Assembly (NCBI GenBank): GCA_034669905.1
Contig: JAXMOL010000016.1
Coordinates: forward strand, 1 to 64,000
DNA from: Candidatus Hydrogenedentota bacterium
Lineage (GTDB): Bacteria; Hydrogenedentota; Hydrogenedentia; Hydrogenedentales; JAEUWI01
Direction: 5' to 3'
DNA: 64,000 nt
Shown: piece by piece, positions 41,468 to 50,948 of the stretch
Layout of the letters: each line of letters starts with the position of its first letter
Numbering within the stretch: the stretch's first letter is position 1
The notes under the pieces: model-generated
What the model was told of the DNA's origin: nothing
What the model saw: only the letters and a program-made list of their open reading frames with translations
Database searches by the model: none
Translations under genes and position numbers: made by a program

Positions 41468-41991
41468 GACGCGTCCGATTCGTCGCCCCAGAAATGGGCT
41501 TCCAGGACCTTTCGCGCCGCATCACGGTCAAGGGGTATATCGATGTGACGGGCCACACATTTCGCTTCGTATTCTTCCATGGAACAAATCACCCGCGCCG
41601 GATTGCCCGCCACCACCGAGTTGGGCGGCACTGATTTCGTCACCACACTGCAGGCGCCCACGATACAATTTTCGCCAATGGTGACAAAGGGCAGGATGGT
41701 GGCCCGCACGCCGATCTGGCAATTATCCCCTATCTCGATGGGGCCAAAGCCTGTGAGGGATTCGTATTTTTCCTGGAAAGGCCAATTCAACCCGTGATTC
41801 ACGAAGGTCACATCATTGGAAACACAGACGCGCTCCCCGATCTTGATGAGCCAGGGTTCACTGCCGAAATCGGTCGTGTAGATGCGGCACCCCTCCCCAA
41901 TACGCACGCCCATGGCACGGAGGGTCCCAATCACGGTTGCCTGCGAACCGTAACGAAGTTTCAGTTTCTGGAGAATGCGTTGGAATGTCAT
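41464..41991 (-). CDS. Hexapeptide-repeat (LbH) acyltransferase
   Basis: IGEGCRI, FGSEPWLIKIG, IGDNCQIG, VVAGNPA. Confidence 0.9.
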   Translation of the reverse strand: MTFQRILQKLKLRYGSQATVIGTLRAMGVRIGEGCRIYTTDFGSEPWLIKIGERVCVSNDVTFVNHGLNWPFQEKYESLTGFGPIEIGDNCQIGVRATILPFVTIGENCIVGACSVVTKSVPPNSVVAGNPARVICSMEEYEAKCVARHIDIPLDRDAARKVLEAHFWGDESDAS

Positions 41992-42088
41992 GGGCTGGAA
42001 GGGTACCGATGCTGTCGAACTCTGCCATCATTCAAGCAAACATCGCGTGGGCGAAGCAATTTTGTATCCCAAAAAAAAGCGTCGCTCG

Positions 42089-42442
42089 CTAACGAATCGG
42101 GCGGACACGTACCCTTCGGTCGGTCACCACGACAAAGTGCCCGGCGGCCCGTCCAGCAATGGTCCGCCATTGTCGTTGAAGAAGATTCAGGCGCTCCGCC
42201 TGGAGGGCTGCGTCAAATCGAAGCAGTATGATGCCTTCTGAGAGCCCACGGCGAGAATAGATAAGTTCACCAAAATCCCTATCATAGGTCAGAAGGATAC
42301 GATTTTCATCGTTGGCCAACGTAAGCAATTCGTCGTCCGGGATTGATGGTGGGAGTTCGGTGGCCCATACCACATCGTGGCCTTCGGCGCGCAGCCAGCG
42401 AACGAGCATGGCTTCGATATTTACGTCCGCCAGGAATCTCAT
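42089..42442 (-). CDS. DUF5615 family PIN-like toxin
   Basis: MRFLADVN, GHDV, DDELL, LLTYDRDFGEL; ATGA overlap with the DUF433 gene. Confidence 0.88.
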   Translation of the reverse strand: MRFLADVNIEAMLVRWLRAEGHDVVWATELPPSIPDDELLTLANDENRILLTYDRDFGELIYSRRGLSEGIILLRFDAALQAERLNLLQRQWRTIAGRAAGHFVVVTDRRVRVRPIR

Positions 42443-42681
42443 TGAATCGCTGGACTATCATCCCAAATGGTACGATCAAAGGAAAGATAGGCTGCCGCAT
42501 AGGCTTGGGCCGCCTGGATATCCTCTCGGGTCAATTGGGGATAGGCTACGAGCAGATCCTCAACCGGCGCTCCGCTCCCAAGGCGCTCTAGAATCAACTC
42601 GACTGTGAGGCGGGTACCTTTAAAAACCGCTTTGCCCAACATTACGTCGGGACGCTGTTCTATATGTCGTTGCCAGTCCAT
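42439..42681 (-). CDS. DUF433 domain antitoxin
   Basis: PDVMLGKAVFKGTRLTV..G...EDLL..YPQLTREDI; GGAGG RBS. Confidence 0.9.
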   Translation of the reverse strand: MDWQRHIEQRPDVMLGKAVFKGTRLTVELILERLGSGAPVEDLLVAYPQLTREDIQAAQAYAAAYLSFDRTIWDDSPAIQ

Positions 42682-42872
42682 GAAACAATACCTCCGACGC
42701 GATAATTCTAACCGATTGGTGCGCGGGGACTATATTCGATGCCGACAGCCATCCGTCGGCTAGCTCCTGTAAAATAGTAACAGGCAACAGAGAAAAAGGA
42801 AAGGGTGTGCAACGGCTTTACCAACACCGAATCCTCTGGTACACTTGACTGTAGTGAGGGAGGCGTGCAAGG

Positions 42873-43124
42873 GTGAAAAAGAAGAAGCTACTGAGAAAGC
42901 TACTGCTCAGTTCAAAAAACGCCCGCTTTGCGGACATCGTAATCTGCGCCGAGTCCTTCGGCTTCCGACTCGACCGCATCAATGGAAGCCATCATATATT
43001 TGTCCACCCGGACATCCCAGAACTATTGAATCTTCAGAATGTCAATGGCCAGGGAAAACCCTATCAAATTAAGCAGCTTCTTCGATTGGTAGAGACCCAC
43101 AACCTCCAGATGAGGGAAGATTGA
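42873..43124 (+). CDS. hicA: Type II TA toxin, HicA family
   Basis: GF...RINGSHHIFVHP, KPYQIKQ; GGAGG RBS. Confidence 0.88.
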   Translation: MKKKKLLRKLLLSSKNARFADIVICAESFGFRLDRINGSHHIFVHPDIPELLNLQNVNGQGKPYQIKQLLRLVETHNLQMRED

Positions 43125-43342
43125 TGAGTGATTATCATATCAACATTTTCTATAGCGATGACGATGCGGGGTACATCGCAGACATTCCGGATCTCACCCA
43201 TTGCTCCGCATTCGGAAATTCACCGGTAGAGGCACTGGAAGCCGTTCTGTGCGCCAAGGAGAGTTGGCTTGCCGCCGCACGGGACAACAATAAACCCATC
43301 CCCCCCCCGGAATTCAGGCCAGCGATTTATCAGGTGGCATAA
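43124..43342 (+). CDS. hicB: Type II TA antitoxin, HicB family (short form)
   Basis: YIADIPDL..CSAFG.SP.EAL...WL......IP.P; TGATG overlap with hicA. Confidence 0.88.
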   Translation: MSDYHINIFYSDDDAGYIADIPDLTHCSAFGNSPVEALEAVLCAKESWLAAARDNNKPIPPPEFRPAIYQVA

Positions 43343-44109
43343 ATTTCACCCTGCGAATTCCCCTTCTTCATCCGCCAGAAAATATGCAGACTACTCGTCG
43401 GGCATACCCCCGCGACCCCCGGACCAATGCGCGCAAACAAGCGCTGCAACCGAAACTGAATCGCTTCCGGCGTCTTCGGGTGATCCACCCACGGAAACAA
43501 TCCCAGGCCGACCTCCGCACCATGGCCGATGCCCGTTATGTTGGTAAAACCGGCCGTTCCATAAAGGCGACGCACAAACCAGGGCGTCAACGGTTGCTCC
43601 AACTCCTGGGGCTGCCAATGACCAAAGGGTGCCCACGTGTTTTTCTCATACCAGCCGAGCCCTTCGTAGACTTTCTTTACCACCCCCGCCACGTTGCCAT
43701 AGTTGGGCGCACTGAGAAAGTAGACACCACCGGGCTTGAGCACCCGAAAAAACTCTGTGGCGGCCGCGGCAGGTTGGGGAAAGTGCTCCGACGCGTCGAT
43801 GCAAAACACGGTATCCATACTACCATCGGGGAAGGGCAGTCGGGCGGCATCGGCGCGCACCAGGGGAAAGCCTCCTCGGGTGATGACGAAATCGGCACCG
43901 ATGTAGGTGCCGCCCCGGGCCTTCACCACCTCTTCCACGAAACCACGGCCACACCCCACATCGAGGACCCGCTTGCCGGCCACCTCAATGCCGAGCTTGC
44001 CCAGCACCGCCTCCAACAGGGTGGCATTGATGCCATCGACCCCACCGAAAGGCGAACTCACCATCCGGGGATTGTCACGGTAGAATTGTTGAATGGAATC
44101 ATCGGGCAT
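43330..44109 (-). CDS. Class I SAM-dependent methyltransferase
   Basis: VLDVGCGRG, ADAARLPFPD, RVLKPGG; start set at ATG 44109 after GGAG. Confidence 0.9.
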   Translation of the reverse strand: MPDDSIQQFYRDNPRMVSSPFGGVDGINATLLEAVLGKLGIEVAGKRVLDVGCGRGFVEEVVKARGGTYIGADFVITRGGFPLVRADAARLPFPDGSMDTVFCIDASEHFPQPAAAATEFFRVLKPGGVYFLSAPNYGNVAGVVKKVYEGLGWYEKNTWAPFGHWQPQELEQPLTPWFVRRLYGTAGFTNITGIGHGAEVGLGLFPWVDHPKTPEAIQFRLQRLFARIGPGVAGVCPTSSLHIFWRMKKGNSQGEIYAT

Positions 44110-44204
44110 AGTAGATTCTCCCGCAAAATAGCGCCGCCGTAGATCCCGTTTTCTTCGCGAAGGTAGCGCGCCAACAACGCGAATACGGTAGGCGATGGCA
44201 CCCA

Positions 44205-44231
44205 CTGGATTCCCACCTTCGTGGGAATGAC
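44205..44231. repeat. ATTCCC-N8-GGGAAT (dRS3-like) REP palindrome
   Basis: CTGGATTCCCACCTTCGTGGGAATGAC in an intergenic gap. Confidence 0.7.
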
Positions 44232-44283
44232 GGCCCCTCCCCCGCGCTCAATGCTGCAGGCTGCCTGGTTTGTCCTTCCATGC

Positions 44284-45165
44284 TCAGTACCACACCATTT
44301 TCCGGGCGAAACGGCTGCCCATGTAAACCGCGACGGGGCGCAGCGCGGGGTAACACCACTCGGCGCTGTTCCGCAGACTGCCCCGTTTCACTTCACGGAG
44401 CCACTGCACATATTTCCGGGGGCTGGCCAGGTCGGCAAGGAGATCGCCCTCGTGATAGGCGCACCCCATCTCGCGGAGGGCCAGGCCTTCATTCCGACAA
44501 CGGCGATAGACGCCCTTAAGGGTGTAGTTGTGGTGGTGTAAAACCGGCGCATCATCGGGGAACGCGATGGGTATGCCCGCGCCGTGGAGCTTCATCTGAA
44601 ATCCGAAGTCTTCCCCCGTGGCCTGGGGCTCAATACCGAGCCCCTCCCATACGGAGCGGCGCACTGCCGTATTGGCGAAAGACAGGCCCTTGCCGTAGCG
44701 CGCCGTAAACTTGCCGATCTCCCGGGTGAAGTAATAGTAGCCGTTTTTCTCCCACTGAAACTGAGGGAATTCCCGTTCCGGATCGGGTATAGACGACCCG
44801 CAAGACACCCCTACATCGGGGTCTTCGAGGGGGGCCACCAGGCGGGCCAGCCAATCGGACCCTGCAGGCACGGCATCCTGCGAGAGGCTGACCATGATGG
44901 CCCCCTGGGATTCCTGAAACATGCGCTCCCGAAGTCGTCCCCAGTCAAAGGTCGCCTGGTCGATATGGACGATGCGGAGGGGATGTTCCGCCAGGACTTC
45001 CAGCGTGCCATCGGTCGAGCCGGAGTCAAAGGCGAGCACCTCAAAGGGTACGTCAATATCCTGGGCGAAGACTTGTTCAAGGGCCCGACGGAGCAAGACG
45101 CCGCCGTTGCGGCAAGGGATGGCGACGGTAATATTCGGGGTAGACTGAGATGCTAAGGGGGACAT
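44284..45165 (-). CDS. Glycosyltransferase family 2 (rhamnosyltransferase-like)
   Basis: VAIPCRNG, DSGSTDGT, SQDAVP, GED; start ATG 45165 (or 45228). Confidence 0.88.
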   Translation of the reverse strand: MSPLASQSTPNITVAIPCRNGGVLLRRALEQVFAQDIDVPFEVLAFDSGSTDGTLEVLAEHPLRIVHIDQATFDWGRLRERMFQESQGAIMVSLSQDAVPAGSDWLARLVAPLEDPDVGVSCGSSIPDPEREFPQFQWEKNGYYYFTREIGKFTARYGKGLSFANTAVRRSVWEGLGIEPQATGEDFGFQMKLHGAGIPIAFPDDAPVLHHHNYTLKGVYRRCRNEGLALREMGCAYHEGDLLADLASPRKYVQWLREVKRGSLRNSAEWCYPALRPVAVYMGSRFARKMVWY

Positions 45166-45292
45166 GACATTCCTATTTGAACTTGACCAAGCAACCGCCA
45201 CGACTATACCGCGCATGGCATACACCATCCAAGCCGAGAGAAAAAGTAGCGATGCGTTGAGTAGACCCTACGCCCTTGTGTAAGCTCTGGCC

Positions 45293-46642
45293 ATGAAAGC
45301 TGCTTCTCCCTCACCACAACGCGCCCTCCTCAGCGTAGCGCTCCTTTGGCTCGTGCCGGGATTCGTCGTGATGGACTCCCTGCTTGCCGGGGTGTTTGCT
45401 TCCTGGCGGCCGTACGGTACCATCGAGCACGGACTCCTGGCCTTTTTCGGGGTGTGGCTCCTCGGGCTCCTCTGCCTCTGTTCAGAAAGGATACGGCACC
45501 GTCTGGGGCGAAGCTGGCGCGAACTGCTGCTGGTCACGACCATTTCCCTCGTGGGCTGGGCTGGCCTTGAATGGGGGGCCCATGTGGTGGAACAACAACG
45601 CAATCCCCGCGCTCCTTTTCATACCCGTGGCACCAACATCCACTATACCCGCCAGATAAGCAGCCCCCATGTCGTCGGAATTGCCGGCGTTTCCCACTTC
45701 ACCACCGGGCCACGGGGCATCCGCGCAACAAAACGGCCAACCGCGCAGCAACACACCCGCATCCTTTGTATCGGCGGCAGTACGACGGAATGCGTCTACC
45801 TGGACGACGAAGAGACCTGGCCAGCGCTGTTGGAAAAACAATTAAACGTTGCTCACCAGGAGGACGATATCTGGGTCGGAAACGTGGGGATCAGTGGCTT
45901 CTATACGCGGGAACATCTCCAGTTTGTGCAGCAATCCCCACTGCTGAACGGCACGACGGTGCTGGTGGTCCAGCCCGGTATCAATGACCTGTGGCGCTTT
46001 CTGGCACAGGAAGAGCTCTACACGAATTTTGGACGTTTTGAAGCGGTGAACGGACCGCCAGAAAATGAAAAGGCGCCCCCAACCTATCGTCCGCTCTGGA
46101 CCCGGTCACGGGTCATTCAGCTTTATCACACCCTGCATGCCGCGCCCCCGCCGCTGGCCATCCAGGAAGGCGTCGGCGGCATGGAGTACCAAATCCGCCG
46201 AGAACGGCGGGCAGCCGCCACGCTGGTTCAAAAACTTCCCGACCTGAGTGCGGGTATTGCGGGCTACCGGCAGCGGATTCTGGCCATCATAGACGCCTGC
46301 GCAAAAGCGGATCTTCCCGTCCTGTTCACCACCCAGCCCGTGCTTTGGCGCGATGATTTGCCGCCGGACCTTGCGGCGCGCTGCTGGTTTGGCTGGTTGA
46401 CCGACGACCGCTATCTGACCCTGGGGGCGCTACGCACGGCCATGGACCAGTACAACGCCGCCCTGCTGGAGGCCTGTCAGGAAAAAAACGTTCCGTGTGT
46501 GGACCTTTCCCCCATGAACGGCGACGAACGGTGCTTCTACGATGATTGCCACTTCACCGAAGCGGGTGCCGTCGAAGTAGCCCGACGGCTCGCACCGACA
46601 TTGGCATCGGTACTTGATGAGATTAAACCGATCACCCACTAG
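45293..46642 (+). CDS. Membrane-anchored SGNH/GDSL hydrolase family protein
   Basis: Three N-terminal TMs; GGSTT, GISG, GIND, DDCH blocks. Confidence 0.85.
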   Translation: MKAASPSPQRALLSVALLWLVPGFVVMDSLLAGVFASWRPYGTIEHGLLAFFGVWLLGLLCLCSERIRHRLGRSWRELLLVTTISLVGWAGLEWGAHVVEQQRNPRAPFHTRGTNIHYTRQISSPHVVGIAGVSHFTTGPRGIRATKRPTAQQHTRILCIGGSTTECVYLDDEETWPALLEKQLNVAHQEDDIWVGNVGISGFYTREHLQFVQQSPLLNGTTVLVVQPGINDLWRFLAQEELYTNFGRFEAVNGPPENEKAPPTYRPLWTRSRVIQLYHTLHAAPPPLAIQEGVGGMEYQIRRERRAAATLVQKLPDLSAGIAGYRQRILAIIDACAKADLPVLFTTQPVLWRDDLPPDLAARCWFGWLTDDRYLTLGALRTAMDQYNAALLEACQEKNVPCVDLSPMNGDERCFYDDCHFTEAGAVEVARRLAPTLASVLDEIKPITH

Positions 46643-46822
46643 TGAACCTGTCTCTGCCCCGGGTTCAGGTGGATCACCGCCCTCTGAATCTGTGACAATA
46701 CGGGTCCCACCCGGAAGTCACCTTCCTCATTCTTCTGTGCCCTCGGTGTGCATAGGGGTGGTATCTACCAGGCAATCACGGCGGGCAACCGCGTTTACTT
46801 TATCTGCAGGAGCATATCCCGA

Positions 46823-48193
46823 ATGGCAACGAAAGAATTTCCCCTGACGCCCGAAGAAGTACCCCCCGTCAATACCGCACACCGGAAAATCTGCACGGCC
46901 CTGCCCGCGCCGTCTTCCATTCCCACGCTGGAACGCCTGCGCGCCATCGAGCCCCGCAGTATGGGCGGCCAGCCCCCCATCCTCTGGGATCACGGCCATG
47001 GTGAATACATCAACGACGCCGATGGCAACCAGTGGATCGACTTTTCCAGTGGTGTGCTCGTTACTTCCAGTGGACACGGTCGTCCGGAAATCTGTGAGGC
47101 CATCACGGCCATGGCAAAGAAGGGCATGTATTATGCCTACGCCTTTCCCACGGAAATTCGCGCCCAGCTTATCGAAGAAATTCAGAGCTATCTTCCCGAG
47201 CCCCTGAAACGGGTCTTCCTCCTGACCACCGGCTCGGAAGCCACCGAGTGCTGCATCAAGCTCGCACGGACCAAAGGTATGCAGGTAGGCGGCAAGGACA
47301 AATCGGTCCTCGTCTCCTTCAGCCACGCCTTCCACGGCCGCACCATGGGCTCCCAGTTCGCCGGTGGTATCCCCGGCCTGAAGACGTGGATGGGCGACCT
47401 CGACCCCCGCTTCGTCACCGTGCCCTTCCCCGATGGCTACCGTCAGGAAGATGTCAGCTTCCAGGTCTTTGAAGACGCCCTCGCGGCCCAGGGCATCAAA
47501 CCCGAAAACGTGTGCGGTGTGATGAGCGAAACCTTCCAGGGCTGCAACGCCACCCTCATGCCGGCACCCTATGCCCAGGCCCTCCGCACGTGGTGTGACA
47601 AACACCAGGCCGTCCTCATCTTTGACGAAGTTCAGGCGGGCTTTGGCCGGGCCGGTAAGGCCTTCGGCTTCCAGCACCTCGGTGTGGTCCCCGATTTGGC
47701 CGCGTGCGGTAAAGGCATTTCCGGTGGTACAGCCCTCTCCGCCGTCGTCGGCACCGAAGAGCTCATGACCATGTATGGTCCCGGCGAAATGACCAGCACC
47801 CACTCGGCCAATGCCATCTCGGCGGCCGGTGCCCTGGCCAATCTCCAGGTCGTCAAGAAAGATGGCCTTATCGAGAATGCTGCCAATCTCGAAGCAGTCT
47901 TGAAGGAAGGTGCGGAAGCCATCGCCGCCGCATCCAAAGGCCGTATCGGCGCCCATGACGCCGTGGGCCTCGTCTGCTCCCTCCAGTGTCGCCCCACCGA
48001 CTCCGGCACGGACCCCGACCCCGACCTCGCGTGGCACATCGTCTACGAATGCTACAAGCGCGGCCTCCTGCTCTTCGCCCCCGTAGGCGTCGGCGGTGGT
48101 GCCGTCAAGATTTGCCCGCCGCTGGTCATCAAAGAAGACGCCCTCCGCGAGGGCCTGGCCGTGATTGAAGAAGTGGTTAAAGAGCTCGTGTAA
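46823..48193 (+). CDS. Class III PLP-dependent aminotransferase
   Basis: DADGNQWIDF, TGSEA, FHGRT, DEVQAGFGR, GKGISGG; ATG 46823 after AGGAG. Confidence 0.93.
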   Translation: MATKEFPLTPEEVPPVNTAHRKICTALPAPSSIPTLERLRAIEPRSMGGQPPILWDHGHGEYINDADGNQWIDFSSGVLVTSSGHGRPEICEAITAMAKKGMYYAYAFPTEIRAQLIEEIQSYLPEPLKRVFLLTTGSEATECCIKLARTKGMQVGGKDKSVLVSFSHAFHGRTMGSQFAGGIPGLKTWMGDLDPRFVTVPFPDGYRQEDVSFQVFEDALAAQGIKPENVCGVMSETFQGCNATLMPAPYAQALRTWCDKHQAVLIFDEVQAGFGRAGKAFGFQHLGVVPDLAACGKGISGGTALSAVVGTEELMTMYGPGEMTSTHSANAISAAGALANLQVVKKDGLIENAANLEAVLKEGAEAIAAASKGRIGAHDAVGLVCSLQCRPTDSGTDPDPDLAWHIVYECYKRGLLLFAPVGVGGGAVKICPPLVIKEDALREGLAVIEEVVKELV

Positions 48194-48210
48194 TTCAAAA
48201 AGTAAGTACG

Positions 48211-48247
48211 GCCCGGATGCGCCCCAAGCGTATCCGGGCTTTTATTT
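48211..48247 (+). terminator. Rho-independent terminator
   Basis: GCCCGGATGCG-CCCCAAG-CGTATCCGGGC followed by TTTTATTT. Confidence 0.85.
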
Positions 48248-48305
48248 GGTTCATGACCCATTACCGGGGAATTTCATCTGGGAAAGGTGGCTTGGGAAAA
48301 TTGGT

Positions 48306-48454
48306 CGTGCCGCGCGATCCCCAAAAGGCGAGTATCAACGAGTCCTGACGGGTTCGTGCGTAGGGCGTCGCACCAAACGTTCAACGGGCCTCCTCAACGA
48401 CCATTATTTCTCCCCAGGCGCACGAACCCTCGTGCCTCGGGATCGCGCGGCACG
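48306..48454. repeat. Long nested inverted repeat (MITE/REP-like)
   Basis: Perfect 16-bp CGTGCCGCGCGATCCC/GGGATCGCGCGGCACG outer arms and 11-bp GGGTTCGTGCG/CGCACGAACCC inner arms. Confidence 0.8.
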
Positions 48455-48473
48455 TTCGAACAGTCTAATGGCC

Positions 48474-49157
48474 CTATTTCAAGATCGCTAGTCGCGGTCC
48501 GCCCCGCCGCAACAGCGACTCCAGCGGGCATCCCGCGCAATTGGGCTTTGTCTTGCAGAAATCTTTCCCCGTCCACACGATGAGTCCGTGGTACTCCTTG
48601 AAATAGGCCACGTCCGCTTCCAGATTGTTCTCGAAAAAGGCGCGGAGTTCCTCGTACTTGATGTCGTGGGGCACCAGGCCGTGGCGACTGAATATGCGGC
48701 GGGTATAGGCATCCACCACGAAGACGGCTTTTTCACAGGCGTATAGCAAGATGTCATCGGCGGTTTCGGGGCCGATGCCCTTGAGGGACAACAACTCCGG
48801 GCGGAGCTCCTCCAGGGGGCGTTTCGCCATCCGCTTCACGCTGCCCCCATAGTGGTCGACCAGGTGTTGGGTGAAGAGGCGGACCCGGATGGCTTTCTGC
48901 CGAAAGTACCCTGACGGGCGCAGGGCGGACTCCAGCGCTTCTGTGTCTGCTGCGAGGAGGCGTTTGGGCGTGAGCAGGTTCTCCCGCTTGAGATTGACGA
49001 TGGCCTTTTCCACATTGGTCCATGCGGTGTTTTGCGTGAGGATAGCTCCCAGGCAGATCTCGAAGGGCGTGTCGCCTGGCCACCAATGGGTGGTCCCGTG
49101 GTGACGGGCCATGTGGTCGAAGTAGTTGATGAGGGAGGTGTTGGTGCGTTTGTTCAT
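48474..49157 (-). CDS. Endonuclease III-related HhH-GPD DNA glycosylase
   Basis: WWP, GAILTQNTAW, LLSLKGIGPETAD HhH, VVDAY. Confidence 0.88.
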   Translation of the reverse strand: MNKRTNTSLINYFDHMARHHGTTHWWPGDTPFEICLGAILTQNTAWTNVEKAIVNLKRENLLTPKRLLAADTEALESALRPSGYFRQKAIRVRLFTQHLVDHYGGSVKRMAKRPLEELRPELLSLKGIGPETADDILLYACEKAVFVVDAYTRRIFSRHGLVPHDIKYEELRAFFENNLEADVAYFKEYHGLIVWTGKDFCKTKPNCAGCPLESLLRRGGPRLAILK

Positions 49158-49227
49158 AACAACCGGGTTTGGCTCCCTTTCGACTCTCGGGTTACTGCTG
49201 CTGGCATCCCGCTGCCTTCTGTTCCCG

Positions 49228-49290
49228 GAGCGTGCGACGTGACAGGTCGCAGACGCGCCGGAGGCGTGCTGGAAGTCTGTCCCACATTAG
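49228..49290 (+). repeat. 63-bp repeat, inverted partner of 51604-51666
   Basis: 58 of 63 positions match the reverse complement of 51604-51666 by manual alignment. Confidence 0.9.
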
Positions 49291-49360
49291 TGCGCGATGG
49301 ATAGCTGCGCCTGCTGTGTTCGGTACGAAACGCGCTCCTGGTCTGTCGATAGTTGTATTC

Positions 49361-49888
49361 TCAACTTTGCTTTCGGTAGTGATTCTTCACCAGACCGCTT
49401 TTGAAGACTACCGTGTTCACATGGTCGAAGCGAATTGGCCCGTCCAGGTCGCCAAAGAGGGGGATGCCCTTCCCGAGTAGAATGGGCAGTTGGGTTACAA
49501 TCAGCTCGTCGATGAGGTCGTCGCGCAGGGCCTGCTGAATGACCTTTCCTCCGTCTATATAGAGGTTTTCATACCCGCGCTCGGCAAGATTCTTCACCAC
49601 CTCGGGGAGGGGGCCGCGACACAGTTGCACCTTGTCCGCATGAGATGGGGGCACCTCGGTCATGGTGTTGCTGATCACGAATACAGGCTTGGTATAGAAC
49701 CATTCATTCATGCCCGCCACCACGTCGAAAGAATTGCGCCCCATGAGCAGGGCGTCGATGCCGGCCATGAAGTCAGCAAACCCGTGGTCACCGTCATCGG
49801 GATGGCTTCGCTCCTCCAGCCAATCAATCTCGCCGTTTGGTCCGGCGATGTAGCCGTCCAGGCTTGCGCCTACGTAGACATAGTTCAT
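49361..49888 (-). CDS. Dihydrofolate reductase / RibD C-terminal family protein
   Basis: ASLDGYIA, LMGRNSF, YIDGG, PILLGKGIPLF; ATG 49888 after AAGGA. Confidence 0.9.
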   Translation of the reverse strand: MNYVYVGASLDGYIAGPNGEIDWLEERSHPDDGDHGFADFMAGIDALLMGRNSFDVVAGMNEWFYTKPVFVISNTMTEVPPSHADKVQLCRGPLPEVVKNLAERGYENLYIDGGKVIQQALRDDLIDELIVTQLPILLGKGIPLFGDLDGPIRFDHVNTVVFKSGLVKNHYRKQS

Positions 49889-50236
49889 CGAAATTCCTTG
49901 CGCGACACCCACGCCCGCTGACGTCGGTGCGTTCTGTGTTTGCTATCCGCACTCCGATTCCTGTCGCGGTTATAGCATGACGCCCCTGTGCAGTGCTATC
50001 CGGAACTGGCGGTCAATGTGAATTGACCCAAGGGGACGTGTTGAACTGCTACCATGTACAATAGATAGCGCATCCTGACTCAGCAACCGTACAAACAGGT
50101 GGGCCAACCACGAATGGACACAAATCTACACGAATCGGAGAGCGGTCCCCGGACATATCCCTGCGGCCAGACAGAATGGAATACCAAGTCAACAGGCGAG
50201 AGACTTTCAGTCCGTACTTCGCGGGCGCTCTATGCG

Positions 50237-50752
50237 ATGCTGCTAACGACGGCACTTTGTCTGCTCGGTGCCTGCAATGGGAGAAACGCGGCCACGGCAA
50301 CACTAGACAATACAGCGCGCCAGGAACGCATCGATTCCCTCTACCAGCGCTACCGCAAATCTTTCCCTGACGTCAATGAAGTCAGCCCCCAGGGCGTCTT
50401 GGATCTCCAGAACGCGGAACCCACCATCCTCGTGGATGTACGCACCCCCGCCGAGCAAGCCGTCTCCATGTTACCCGGGGCCATCACGCAGGACGCCTTC
50501 GAAGCGGCGCGGGAACTCTATGCGGACAAGGCCATTGTGACCTACTGCACCATCGGCGCACGGAGTGGAGAATTCGCCGAGGAATTGCGGCAGGAAGGGC
50601 TTGAGGTCTTTAATCTCAAGGGCAGTATCTTGTCCTGGACCCAGGCGGGCCTGCCCCTGGTGGACGCAGAAGGAAATGAGACCAAGCGGGTGCACACCTA
50701 TGGCCGAAAATGGGACCTGGTCGGCGAAGGATACGAAGCAGTTTACAATTGA
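50237..50752 (+). CDS. Rhodanese-like domain lipoprotein
   Basis: LGAC lipobox, LVDVRT, YCTIGARS active-site loop, NLKGSILSW; start uncertain. Confidence 0.85.
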   Translation: MLLTTALCLLGACNGRNAATATLDNTARQERIDSLYQRYRKSFPDVNEVSPQGVLDLQNAEPTILVDVRTPAEQAVSMLPGAITQDAFEAARELYADKAIVTYCTIGARSGEFAEELRQEGLEVFNLKGSILSWTQAGLPLVDAEGNETKRVHTYGRKWDLVGEGYEAVYN

Positions 50753-50798
50753 GAGTTGACAGTTGAAAGTTGAAAGTTGGTTTAGGCCATCCTAAATC

Positions 50799-50948
50799 GT
50801 CCACTGTCCACTGTCCACTGTCCACTGTCCACTGTCCACTGTCCACTGTCCACTGTCCACTGTCCACTGTCCACTGTCCACTGTCCACTGTCCACTGTCC
50901 ACTGTCCACTGTCAACTGTCCACTGTCCACTGTCCACTGTCCACTGTC
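50799..50948. repeat. 7-bp tandem repeat (GTCCACT) about x21
   Basis: Directly visible; one variant unit (GTCAACT); lies between convergent genes. Confidence 0.97.
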
